Shown piece after piece: positions 15,464 to 23,186 of a DNA stretch of 64,000 nt. A model generated the notes under the pieces. It was not told the DNA's origin. It made no database searches and saw nothing but the letters and a program-made list of their open reading frames with translations. Source of the DNA: Acidimicrobiales bacterium (lineage in GTDB: Bacteria > Actinomycetota > Acidimicrobiia > Acidimicrobiales > Bog-793); NCBI GenBank assembly GCA_050015255.1, contig JBEKBT010000003.1:2593-66592 (forward strand), given 5' to 3'. Both the position numbers and the translations under genes were made by a program. Positions within the stretch are counted from its first letter, which is position 1. Every line of letters starts with the position of its first letter.

Positions 15464-17274
15464 CTCGTGCTCGCCGTCGTTCGTGGGGACCTCCTCCCCA
15501 CGACCGGCTTCGGTGCCGGCACCACCTCACCCCCCACGGTGGGCTTGGGCGACGTCGACGACTTGCGGGCGGTCGTCTTCCTGACGGCGAGATTGTCCCC
15601 TCCGGCCTTTTTCGGCGGCGCCTTTGCAGCCGGCGCCTTTGCAGCCGGCGTCGTTGTCGCCCGCGCCCTCTCCGCTGGCAGTTCCTCCGGTCGGGCCTTC
15701 ACTGCCGCCTTTTTCGCTTGGGCCTTTACCGCCGCCGCCTTGCCGGCCCGGGTCCTGCCGACCACAGCCTTCTCCGCCACCGTCTTGTTCGCCGGTCGCC
15801 CTACCGGGACACTCCTGGGCGCGGCCTTCTTCGCGGCCAGGTTGATCGCCGCCGCCTTCTGGGTCGGGGTCTTCTGCGTCGCCGCCGCCTTCTGCGGCGA
15901 TGACTTCTGCGTCGCCGCCGCCTTGGTCGAGGTCTTCTGCGCCGCCGCCGCCTTGGTCGAGGTCTTCTGCGTCGAGGCTCTCGGCGTCGCGGCCCTCGGC
16001 GTCGCGGCCCTCGCCGCCGTCGCCTGCGGCGCGGGCGCCTTCCCAGCCGCCACCTTCTCCCTGGCGGTCCTTTCCGGCACGGCTTTGCCCGACACGGCTC
16101 TCTCCGGCACGGCTTTGCCCGGCAAGGCTCTCTCCGGCACGGCTTTCCCGGGCACGGCTCTCTTCGGCACGGCTTTTCCGGGCACGGCCTTCTCGGGCAC
16201 AGCCTTTTCAGGCACGGCCTTCTTCGCCGTCGGCTTCCTCGCCGGCTCCACGGCACCAGAGTCCGAGCCCTCCGCACGCTTGCGTGGCGGCCGGGCGAGG
16301 CGGACCTCGGCGGCGACGGTCTCTTCGCGGGGATGGCCCGACACCCGGGCCGTTCCCGGCAAGGCGAGCTCCGCGCCACGCCGTTGGGGATCGAGGGCGG
16401 TCAGCACGAATTCCCGACGCTGGTGGCGCTTGAGCACCTCCCGGGCACTGCGCGGCGGCGGATCGCCGAGGTTGGCAAGCGGGACATAACAGCGCATCTC
16501 ACCCACGCGCACGACCGCACCGTGGGACGTGTAGCTCTCGACCTCACCCTCGAGCTGCTCACCGAGGCGGTGCTCGGCGATGAACGAGATGAAAGCCAAG
16601 GGGTCGTTCACCGCCAGCGGGGTCGGGGTGGGCTTGTGCCGGTCACCGGAACCGACCACCGCCTTTGCCGGTGCCGTCCCGCCACCGTTCGTGTGGCGCC
16701 TCGAGGCTCCCGTGGAGGATGCTGCGACCTGCGACTTGCGGGCAGGTTTGACGACCTCCTTCGTCGCCACGGCGATCGCCTTGCTGACGCGTTTTTTCGC
16801 CTGCTCTGTCTCTCGGACGGCCTGGTGGCTGCGCGGGCCTCGAACCGGTTGGCGGGGGCTGAAGATCCATCCGATGCCGGGCACGGGCGTGGCGCCGAGA
16901 AGGCGTCTCCGCTCGAAAAGCCAGGGATGCTCGCCGTGGAACTCCTGGAACGAGTCGTTGGACAACACCGTCCCGTCGACCTTCTCGGCGACACGCAACA
17001 AGAAGGCGTCGCCGCGCCCGATGGCGCCGGCTGGGGGATGCACGTACTCGCCGCGCAGCTCAGCATCTTCGAAACGCGCCAGCTCTGAGGGGTCGATCCG
17101 GTGGGCGAAGGTGGCGTCGACGATGACGGTGATCTCGGCGTCGGGATGGTCGCGCCTCAGCTCGGCGACGGCCTCCTCGAGCTGCGCCAGGCTCGGTGAG
17201 GAGCGGCCTTCTGTGGCGATGTTGGATCCGTCGACGATGATGTGCTCGATGGGCATGTCCCTGTAGTCAAGCAC
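15460..17274 (-). CDS. Zc3h12a-like NYN ribonuclease + S1 RNA-binding domain + ~260-aa Lys/Ala/Pro-rich histone-H1-like tail (604 aa)
   Basis: Residues ~8-140 read IIVDGSNIA...ITVIVDA...GRGDAFLLRVAEKVDGTVLSNDSFQEF...W...RRLL, which aligns with my memory of the Regnase/Zc3h12a NYN core. Residues ~225-305 read GEQLEGEVESYTSHGAVVRVGEMRCYVPLANL (S1 fold). Residues 345-604 are KAVPE/KAAA/QKT repeats. Confidence 0.8.
   Translation of the reverse strand: MLDYRDMPIEHIIVDGSNIATEGRSSPSLAQLEEAVAELRRDHPDAEITVIVDATFAHRIDPSELARFEDAELRGEYVHPPAGAIGRGDAFLLRVAEKVDGTVLSNDSFQEFHGEHPWLFERRRLLGATPVPGIGWIFSPRQPVRGPRSHQAVRETEQAKKRVSKAIAVATKEVVKPARKSQVAASSTGASRRHTNGGGTAPAKAVVGSGDRHKPTPTPLAVNDPLAFISFIAEHRLGEQLEGEVESYTSHGAVVRVGEMRCYVPLANLGDPPPRSAREVLKRHQRREFVLTALDPQRRGAELALPGTARVSGHPREETVAAEVRLARPPRKRAEGSDSGAVEPARKPTAKKAVPEKAVPEKAVPGKAVPKRAVPGKAVPERALPGKAVPERAVSGKAVPERTAREKVAAGKAPAPQATAARAATPRAATPRASTQKTSTKAAAAQKTSTKAAATQKSSPQKAAATQKTPTQKAAAINLAAKKAAPRSVPVGRPANKTVAEKAVVGRTRAGKAAAVKAQAKKAAVKARPEELPAERARATTTPAAKAPAAKAPPKKAGGDNLAVRKTTARKSSTSPKPTVGGEVVPAPKPVVGRRSPRTTASTR
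15911..16225. repeat. in-frame tandem DNA repeats encoding the basic tail
   Basis: Five 30-nt periods at 16071-16220 encoding (KAVPE/G)x10. A 30-nt duplication at 15911-15940 and 15941-15970 (QKTSTKAAAx). A 15-nt duplication at about 15979-16008 (AATPR). Confidence 0.75.
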
Positions 17275-17286
17275 CCCCCACCCGCG

Positions 17287-20200
17287 TCAGCCCGGAACGC
17301 AGCCCACCGATTGCTCGAGAAGGTCCTCGTGCTCCAGCTGATGGATGGCGCCGGAGCCCGTCGCCGGGCTCCCCGACGGGGCGCGGCTCACGTGCCGGAG
17401 CTGGTACCTGGTGCCCAACAGCCGGTGCAGACGGCCGTGGACGAACGACCAGGCGCCCATGTTCTCCGGCTCCTCTTGCAGCCAGACGACCTCGGTCGCG
17501 CCCGGATAGGCGGCCAGGAGACCGGTGATCTGCCGCTCGGGCCAGGGATAGAGCTGCTCGACGCGGGCCACGGCGATGGGCGCGCCTCCTGCCTCGGAGA
17601 TGCGGTCCCGGCGCGCCATGGCGTCGTAGGCCACCTTGCCGCTGCACAGCACGAGACGGCAGACCTCTTCCCGGTTGACAGCCTCGTCGTCGAGCACCTC
17701 GCGCCAGGCACCTTGGGCGAACTCGGCGACGGGGGAACGCGCTTGGCGGGCGCGCAGCAACGACTTCGGCGTCATCACGATCAGCGGCCGGCGCATGCTC
17801 CGGTGAGCCTGGGCCCGGAGGAGGTGGAAGTACTGCGCGGCCGTCGTCGGCTGGGCGACAGTCAGGTTGTCGCCCGCGCAGATCGTCAGGAAACGCTCCA
17901 GGCGCGCCGAGGAGTGCTCCGGCCCCTGGCCTTCGTAACCGTGGGGAAGCAGCAGCGTGAGGGCAGAGCTCTGCCCCCACTTCTCCCCCGCAGAAACGAG
18001 GAAGTTGTCGATCACGACCTGGGCACCGTTGGCGAAGTCACCGAATTGTGCCTCCCAGGCCACGAGCGCCTTGGAGCTCTCGACCGAGTAGCCATACTCG
18101 AAGCCGAGCGCGGCGAACTCCGACAAGAGCGAGTCGTAGACCATGAAACGCCCCGGCGGGCGCTCCCCCGGCGCAACGCCGAGGCCCTGTCGCAGGTTCG
18201 AGAGCGGCGTGTACTCAGCCCCGGTCTCGTAGTCGAAGAGCACCGAATGGCGCTGGCTGAAAGTGCCGCGGCGGGTGTCCTGGCCGGCGAGCCGCACGTC
18301 GTAGCCGTCGATGAGAACGCTGCCGAAGGCGAAGGCCTCGCCGAGGGCCCACTCGACCTCCCCCGCCTCGTAGAGCTCCGCGCGCTGGCGGAGCTGACGG
18401 GCGAGCTTGGGGTGGACCTTGAAGGCGGCCGGAAGCTCGTGGAGGGTCGCCGCGAGCAGATCGAGTGTCGAGCGGTCGACGCCCCCCACGACGTGCGACA
18501 GCGGCGGAGGCTCCTCTGTGGAGGGAGCCGGGAGGCGCACTATGCGGGGCGGCGCCGCGGCACGGGTCTCGTCGAGCGCCGCCTGAAGCCTGGCCGAGAA
18601 GTCATCGAGGGCGCGCTCTGCCTCCTCGATGGTGATGTCACCACGCTTGACGAGGGTCTCGGTGTAGAGCTTGCGAACAGAGCGGTGCTGGTCGATCTGC
18701 TTGTACATGAGGGGCTGGGTGTAGCTCGGGTCGTCACCCTCGTTGTGGCCGTGCAGCCGGTAGCAGACCATGTCGATCACGACGTCCTTGTGGAACTGCT
18801 GGCGGAAGGCGACCGCCAGCCGGCCGACGCGCACGCAGGCCTCCGGGTCGTCACCGTTCACGTGGAAGATCGGCGCCTGCACGGTCTTGGCGACGTCCGT
18901 CGGGTACATCGAGGAACGGGCGGCCGCGATGGGGGTCGTGAAACCGAGCTGATTGTTGATCACCAGGTGCACGGTCCCCCCGGTGCGGTAACCGCGCAGC
19001 TGGGAGAGCTCCAGGGTCTCGGCCACGACACCCTGGCCCGCGAAGGCGGCGTCGCCGTGGACAAGCACGGGCAGCACGGGGTAGCGCCCGACGTCTTGGC
19101 GCTGGTCCTGGCGGGCGCGGGCGATCCCTTCGACGACGGGGTCGACCGCCTCGAGGTGGGACGGATTCGAGGCGAGCGTCACGGGCAGTTCTATGCCGTT
19201 GCGGGCGGCGAACTTCCCGCTCGCACCCTTGTGGTACTTGACGTCGCCCGAGCCCTGAACGCTCTCGGGATCGAGGTTGCCCTCGAACTCGGCGAAGATC
19301 TCCCTGTAGGACTTGCCCACGATGTTGGCGAGCACGTTCAGGCGGCCGCGGTGGGCCATGCCGAGCACGGCCTCTTCGATGGCGGACTGGGCGGCCTCGT
19401 CCAAGATGGCGTCCAGCAGGGGGATTGCCGACTCGGCCCCTTCGAGGCCGAAGCGTTTCTGGCCCACATAGCGGGTGTGCAAGAAGCGCTCGAAGGCCTC
19501 CGCGGCGTTCAGGCGCTCGAGCACGTGGTGCTGCTCCTCGGGCGGGCAGGTGCCGGGAACGCCCTCGACGTGGCGCTGGATCCATCTCTTCTCTTCGGGA
19601 TCCTCGATGTGCATGTACTCGATGCCGATGGTCCTGCAGTAGGCGTCGCGCAAGATATCGAGGAGCTTGCCCAAAGGGAGCTCTGTTTCCTCGCCGAGGC
19701 CCTCGACGACAAAGCTCCGGTCGAGGTCGAAGATGGTGATGCCGTACGTCAGCGGGTCGAGCTCGGGATGGAGCGCCGGGGCCATGGTTCCGAGCGGGTC
19801 GAGGTTGGCGATGAGGTGGCCGCGCACTCGGTACATGTTCACGAGCTGCTGAACCTTCGCCTGCCTGACGAGCCTGCCGTGGACGCCGTCGCTCGATCCG
19901 ACCGGGTTGATGTCCTTGTGCCAGCGTGCCGGGTTGTAAGGGACGGCGAGGGAAGAGAACACCTCGTCGTAAAAGCCGTGCTCGCCCACCAACAGCTCGT
20001 GCACCCGGGTGAGGAAGAGCGCCGAGTGGGCGCCCTGGATGATGCGGTGGTCGTAGGTGGAAGTGATCGTGACGACCTTGCTCAGTCCGAGCTCGGCGAG
20101 CACCTCGGGGTCGCTAGCGGCGAACTCGGCCGGATAGCCGAGCGCTCCCACCCCGATGATGGCGCCCTGGCCGGACATCAGGCGCGGGACGGACTGGGTG

Positions 20201-20991
20201 GTCCCGAGCATTCCGGGGTTCGTGAGCGTGACCGTGACGCCGGCGAAGTCGTCCACCGACAGCCTGTTCGTGCGCACCTTGCGCACGATGTCCTCATAGG
20301 CGTGCAGGAACTGGGAGAACTCGAGCGTGTCGGCCCCTCGCACGCAAGGCACGTACAGGGTGCGGCCACCGTCCGGACGCTCGTAGTCGATGGCGATCCC
20401 GAGCCCGACGTGCTCGTGGCGGATCAGCCCGGGCGTGCCGGTCTCTTCGATCTGGGGCACGAACGACGAGTTCATCTCCGGGACCGCCCCGAGGGCCTTG
20501 ACCACTGCCCAGGCGATCAGGTGCGTGAAGCTGACCTTGCCCCCGGTCGTGCGCCCGAGATGATCGTTGATCACGACGCGATTGACCTCGAGAAGCTTGG
20601 CAGGCACGGGATGAACGCTCGTGGCCGTGGGGATCTTCAGGCTCGCGCTCATGTTCTCCACGACACGCGCCGCCGCCCCGCGCAGGGGCACAGCGGGCTG
20701 CCCGGCGGGAGCCGCTGCCTGGACGGGCTCGCCGCCGTGCTCGGGGGGCGCCTCGCTCGGAGCGGCCACGGGCGCGGGCCCACGAGCGGCCACGGCCTCT
20801 GGGCCATCGTGCTCCGGGCCGGGCCCGGCCGTCTCTGGAGCGCGCGTGAGGCGATAGTCGGCGAAGAATTCGCGCCAGCTCTCGCTCACTGACTGGGGGT
20901 CGGCGAGGTAGGACTCGTACATCTCCTCGACGAGCCAGGCGTTCGTCCCGTAAGCACCCGCGAGCCCGTCGGCGCTCGATCGGTCCACCAT
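17287..20991 (-). CDS. kgd: multifunctional 2-oxoglutarate decarboxylase/dehydrogenase E1 with a fused succinyltransferase-like segment (actinobacterial Kgd/OdhA type)
   Basis: Internal ATG at 20991 (MVDRSSADGLAGAYGTNAWLVEEMYESYLADPQSV...), 1235 aa. It has an E2-like catalytic segment (DHRIIQGA) and E1 ThDP motifs. Confidence 0.9.
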   Translation of the reverse strand: MVDRSSADGLAGAYGTNAWLVEEMYESYLADPQSVSESWREFFADYRLTRAPETAGPGPEHDGPEAVAARGPAPVAAPSEAPPEHGGEPVQAAAPAGQPAVPLRGAAARVVENMSASLKIPTATSVHPVPAKLLEVNRVVINDHLGRTTGGKVSFTHLIAWAVVKALGAVPEMNSSFVPQIEETGTPGLIRHEHVGLGIAIDYERPDGGRTLYVPCVRGADTLEFSQFLHAYEDIVRKVRTNRLSVDDFAGVTVTLTNPGMLGTTQSVPRLMSGQGAIIGVGALGYPAEFAASDPEVLAELGLSKVVTITSTYDHRIIQGAHSALFLTRVHELLVGEHGFYDEVFSSLAVPYNPARWHKDINPVGSSDGVHGRLVRQAKVQQLVNMYRVRGHLIANLDPLGTMAPALHPELDPLTYGITIFDLDRSFVVEGLGEETELPLGKLLDILRDAYCRTIGIEYMHIEDPEEKRWIQRHVEGVPGTCPPEEQHHVLERLNAAEAFERFLHTRYVGQKRFGLEGAESAIPLLDAILDEAAQSAIEEAVLGMAHRGRLNVLANIVGKSYREIFAEFEGNLDPESVQGSGDVKYHKGASGKFAARNGIELPVTLASNPSHLEAVDPVVEGIARARQDQRQDVGRYPVLPVLVHGDAAFAGQGVVAETLELSQLRGYRTGGTVHLVINNQLGFTTPIAAARSSMYPTDVAKTVQAPIFHVNGDDPEACVRVGRLAVAFRQQFHKDVVIDMVCYRLHGHNEGDDPSYTQPLMYKQIDQHRSVRKLYTETLVKRGDITIEEAERALDDFSARLQAALDETRAAAPPRIVRLPAPSTEEPPPLSHVVGGVDRSTLDLLAATLHELPAAFKVHPKLARQLRQRAELYEAGEVEWALGEAFAFGSVLIDGYDVRLAGQDTRRGTFSQRHSVLFDYETGAEYTPLSNLRQGLGVAPGERPPGRFMVYDSLLSEFAALGFEYGYSVESSKALVAWEAQFGDFANGAQVVIDNFLVSAGEKWGQSSALTLLLPHGYEGQGPEHSSARLERFLTICAGDNLTVAQPTTAAQYFHLLRAQAHRSMRRPLIVMTPKSLLRARQARSPVAEFAQGAWREVLDDEAVNREEVCRLVLCSGKVAYDAMARRDRISEAGGAPIAVARVEQLYPWPERQITGLLAAYPGATEVVWLQEEPENMGAWSFVHGRLHRLLGTRYQLRHVSRAPSGSPATGSGAIHQLEHEDLLEQSVGCVPG

Positions 20992-21148
20992 CGCAGCGGA
21001 TGCTACCGGCGGGCGATCATCTGGTCTCCCAGAGGCGACGACGACCCTCCCCGCGGGCTCGAGAGCCACCCCGGCGCTAGCGTGGGGGGGTGATCGCTGT
21101 ACCGCCACCGGTCGCGCGAACAGCCGGGCCGGACCTCGGGGAGCGAGC

Positions 21149-21382
21149 GTGAGCACGACCCGCGCTGTGGTGCGCGGCGTCGAGCCCGGCAACGACGTGC
21201 GCTGCGTGCGCTGCGGCAAGCAGATCAAGTTCGCCGCCCGCACTCACCCCCGCCAGGTGATCGCGAACATCTATCTCGACGGCGCCTGGAACCGCGTCGA
21301 CCACTTCCACGAGGAGTGCTACCTCGAGGCGAACGAGCCCTACGGACCGATCGACGCCCTCGGTGGCCAGATCAACAGCTGA
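21149..21382 (+). CDS. small conserved hypothetical protein (77 aa, CxxC)
   Basis: GTG start, divergent from kgd. Protein-like sequence VRCVRCGKQIKFAARTHPRQVIANIYLDGAWNRVDHFHEECY. Confidence 0.5.
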   Translation: MSTTRAVVRGVEPGNDVRCVRCGKQIKFAARTHPRQVIANIYLDGAWNRVDHFHEECYLEANEPYGPIDALGGQINS

Positions 21383-21496
21383 GGATCACCTCGCGAGGCT
21401 CCGCTCCCGGCTGAGGCACACGCCTGGGCGCGCCCGGCCCGCCTCGGCCGCGCTCCGGCTCGCGTCCCCGCAAGCGCATCGCAGGAGGACACCAAC

Positions 21497-22429
21497 TTGA
21501 GGATCGCCGTGACCGGCGCCGGCGGCTTCATCGGCAGCGCTCTCGTCCGGGCTCTTCGCCAACGTGGCGACGAGGTCCACCCTGTCGTCCGCCGTCCGCC
21601 AGGCCAAGGCGAGGTGGGCGTCGAGCTTGCCCTGGGACGACTCGACACGACGCGGCTCCCCGGCCAGAGCCTGGAAGGGATCGACGCCGCAGTCCACCTG
21701 GCCGGGGCCCCGATCACGACGCGCTGGAGCGCGAAGCACCTCGAGGAGATCCGTGCGAGCCGTGTCGCGCTCGGCAACCTTCTCGCCCGGTCGCTCGCCT
21801 CGCTCGAGCACCCACCGGGCGTGCTGGTCTCCGGCTCGGCAGTCGGCATCTACGGCGATCGTGGGGACGCACTCTTAGACGAGACGAGCGCCCAAGGGAC
21901 CGGGGTGCTCGCCGACCTGTGCCGCTCCTGGGAGGCGAGCACCGCGCCGGCGGCCGAGCACGGCATCCGGGTCGTCACCATCCGTACCGGCATCGTGCTC
22001 GGTGGCACCGGAGGCGCCGAGGGCGGGATCCTTCGGGCCGAGGTCCCCATTTTCAAGCTCGGCCTCGGCGCTCGCCTCGGCGACGGCCGGCAGTGGACGA
22101 GCTGGATCGCGCTCGACGACGAGATCGCCGTGATCCTCCGCGCCATCGACGACCCGGGGCTCGTCGGAGCAGTGAACGCGACATCGCCCAACCCGATCCG
22201 CAACGCGGAGCTGACCGACGCCATCGCGGCCGCTCTCGGACGGCGCGCCAGGCTTGCGATCCCGGCCTCGCTCCTGCGGCTCGCGCTCGGCCGCGGTGCC
22301 GCCGACGAGCTGCTGCTCGCCAGCCAGCGGGTGCTGCCGAAAAAGCTGACCGACGCCGGCTACGTGCCCGCCTATTCCCGGCTACAGGACGCCTTGGCCG
22401 AGGCGCTCGGGCGACGAGGGTCGCACTGA
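21497..22429 (+). CDS. TIGR01777/YfcH-type NAD-dependent epimerase-like SDR with a DUF1731-like C-terminus
   Basis: TTG start. MRIAVTGAGGFIGSAL Rossmann motif, and a tail LPKKLTDAGYVPAYSRLQDAL typical of this family. Confidence 0.8.
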   Translation: MRIAVTGAGGFIGSALVRALRQRGDEVHPVVRRPPGQGEVGVELALGRLDTTRLPGQSLEGIDAAVHLAGAPITTRWSAKHLEEIRASRVALGNLLARSLASLEHPPGVLVSGSAVGIYGDRGDALLDETSAQGTGVLADLCRSWEASTAPAAEHGIRVVTIRTGIVLGGTGGAEGGILRAEVPIFKLGLGARLGDGRQWTSWIALDDEIAVILRAIDDPGLVGAVNATSPNPIRNAELTDAIAAALGRRARLAIPASLLRLALGRGAADELLLASQRVLPKKLTDAGYVPAYSRLQDALAEALGRRGSH

Positions 22430-22442
22430 GAAGAGGAGGCCG

Positions 22443-23186
22443 TCAGTCCAGGTTCGCGCCGTAGCGACGGACATGGTCGTTGACGGCGTAGTAGGCGTCG
22501 ATGGACTCGCCGGCGTCTCCCCAGAAACCCTCCTGCACGTCGTAGCTGACAAGGCCCTCGGCGACGTAGTGGTTGTTCACGTCGGTGATCTCGAGCTCGC
22601 CGCGCCCCGACGGACGCAGAGTGCGGATCACGTCGAAGACACTGGGGTCATAGAGGTAGACGCCCGTGACGCAGTAGGTGCTCGGCGGGTCGTCCGGTTT
22701 CTCGACGATGCGCACGATCCTGCCCGACTCGTCGAGCTCGGGCACGCCGAGATGGCGAAGGTGGTCGAAATCCTTGACTTCGGCCAGGACCAGGCGGGCC
22801 CCTTTCGGCTCCTCGGCGAACCGGTCCACCGAGGACACGAACGAGCGGCCGAAGATATTGTCAGCCAGCATGACGACGGCGGCGGCGGCGCCGACGAACT
22901 GCGCTGCCAGCCCCAGAGCCTCGGCTATGCCCCCCGCCCGTTCCTGGTAGGCGTAAAGGAGGCGTTCCACACCGAACTCCTGGCCGTTGGACAAGAGCCT
23001 GAGGAACTCGCCCGCGTGCGTGCCCCCTGTCACGACCATGATCTCGGTGACGCCTGCTTTCACGAGCGCCTCTATGCCGTAGCTGATCATGGGCCGGTCG
23101 CCGATGGGCAGCAGGTGCTTGTTCGTGATGCGGGTGAGTGGATGGAGCCGGCTGCCCGTTCCGCCGGCAAGGATCACGCCCCTCAT
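22443..23186 (-). CDS. sugar-phosphate nucleotidyltransferase (short RmlA / glucose-1-phosphate thymidylyltransferase-like)
   Basis: MRGVILAGGTGSRLHPLTRITNKHLLPI is the canonical NTP-transferase signature. 247 aa. The start overlaps the upstream stop (ATGA at 23183-23186). Confidence 0.85.
   Translation of the reverse strand: MRGVILAGGTGSRLHPLTRITNKHLLPIGDRPMISYGIEALVKAGVTEIMVVTGGTHAGEFLRLLSNGQEFGVERLLYAYQERAGGIAEALGLAAQFVGAAAAVVMLADNIFGRSFVSSVDRFAEEPKGARLVLAEVKDFDHLRHLGVPELDESGRIVRIVEKPDDPPSTYCVTGVYLYDPSVFDVIRTLRPSGRGELEITDVNNHYVAEGLVSYDVQEGFWGDAGESIDAYYAVNDHVRRYGANLD

Noticed and set aside
14390-16489. 699-aa plus-strand ORF with striking FAAGAF/GTALSGTAFPG repeats
   Set aside because: It is the reverse-complement reading of the pilin gene's 5' end, fabZ and the Lys/Ala/Pro repeat tail. 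The minus-strand genes carry real domain motifs and overlapping start/stop coupling.
17242-20892. 1216-aa plus-strand ORF
   Set aside because: It is exactly antisense to kgd. Its composition is Arg/Gly/Ala/Val-rich and it has no motifs. This is a typical stop-poor antisense frame of a high-GC gene.
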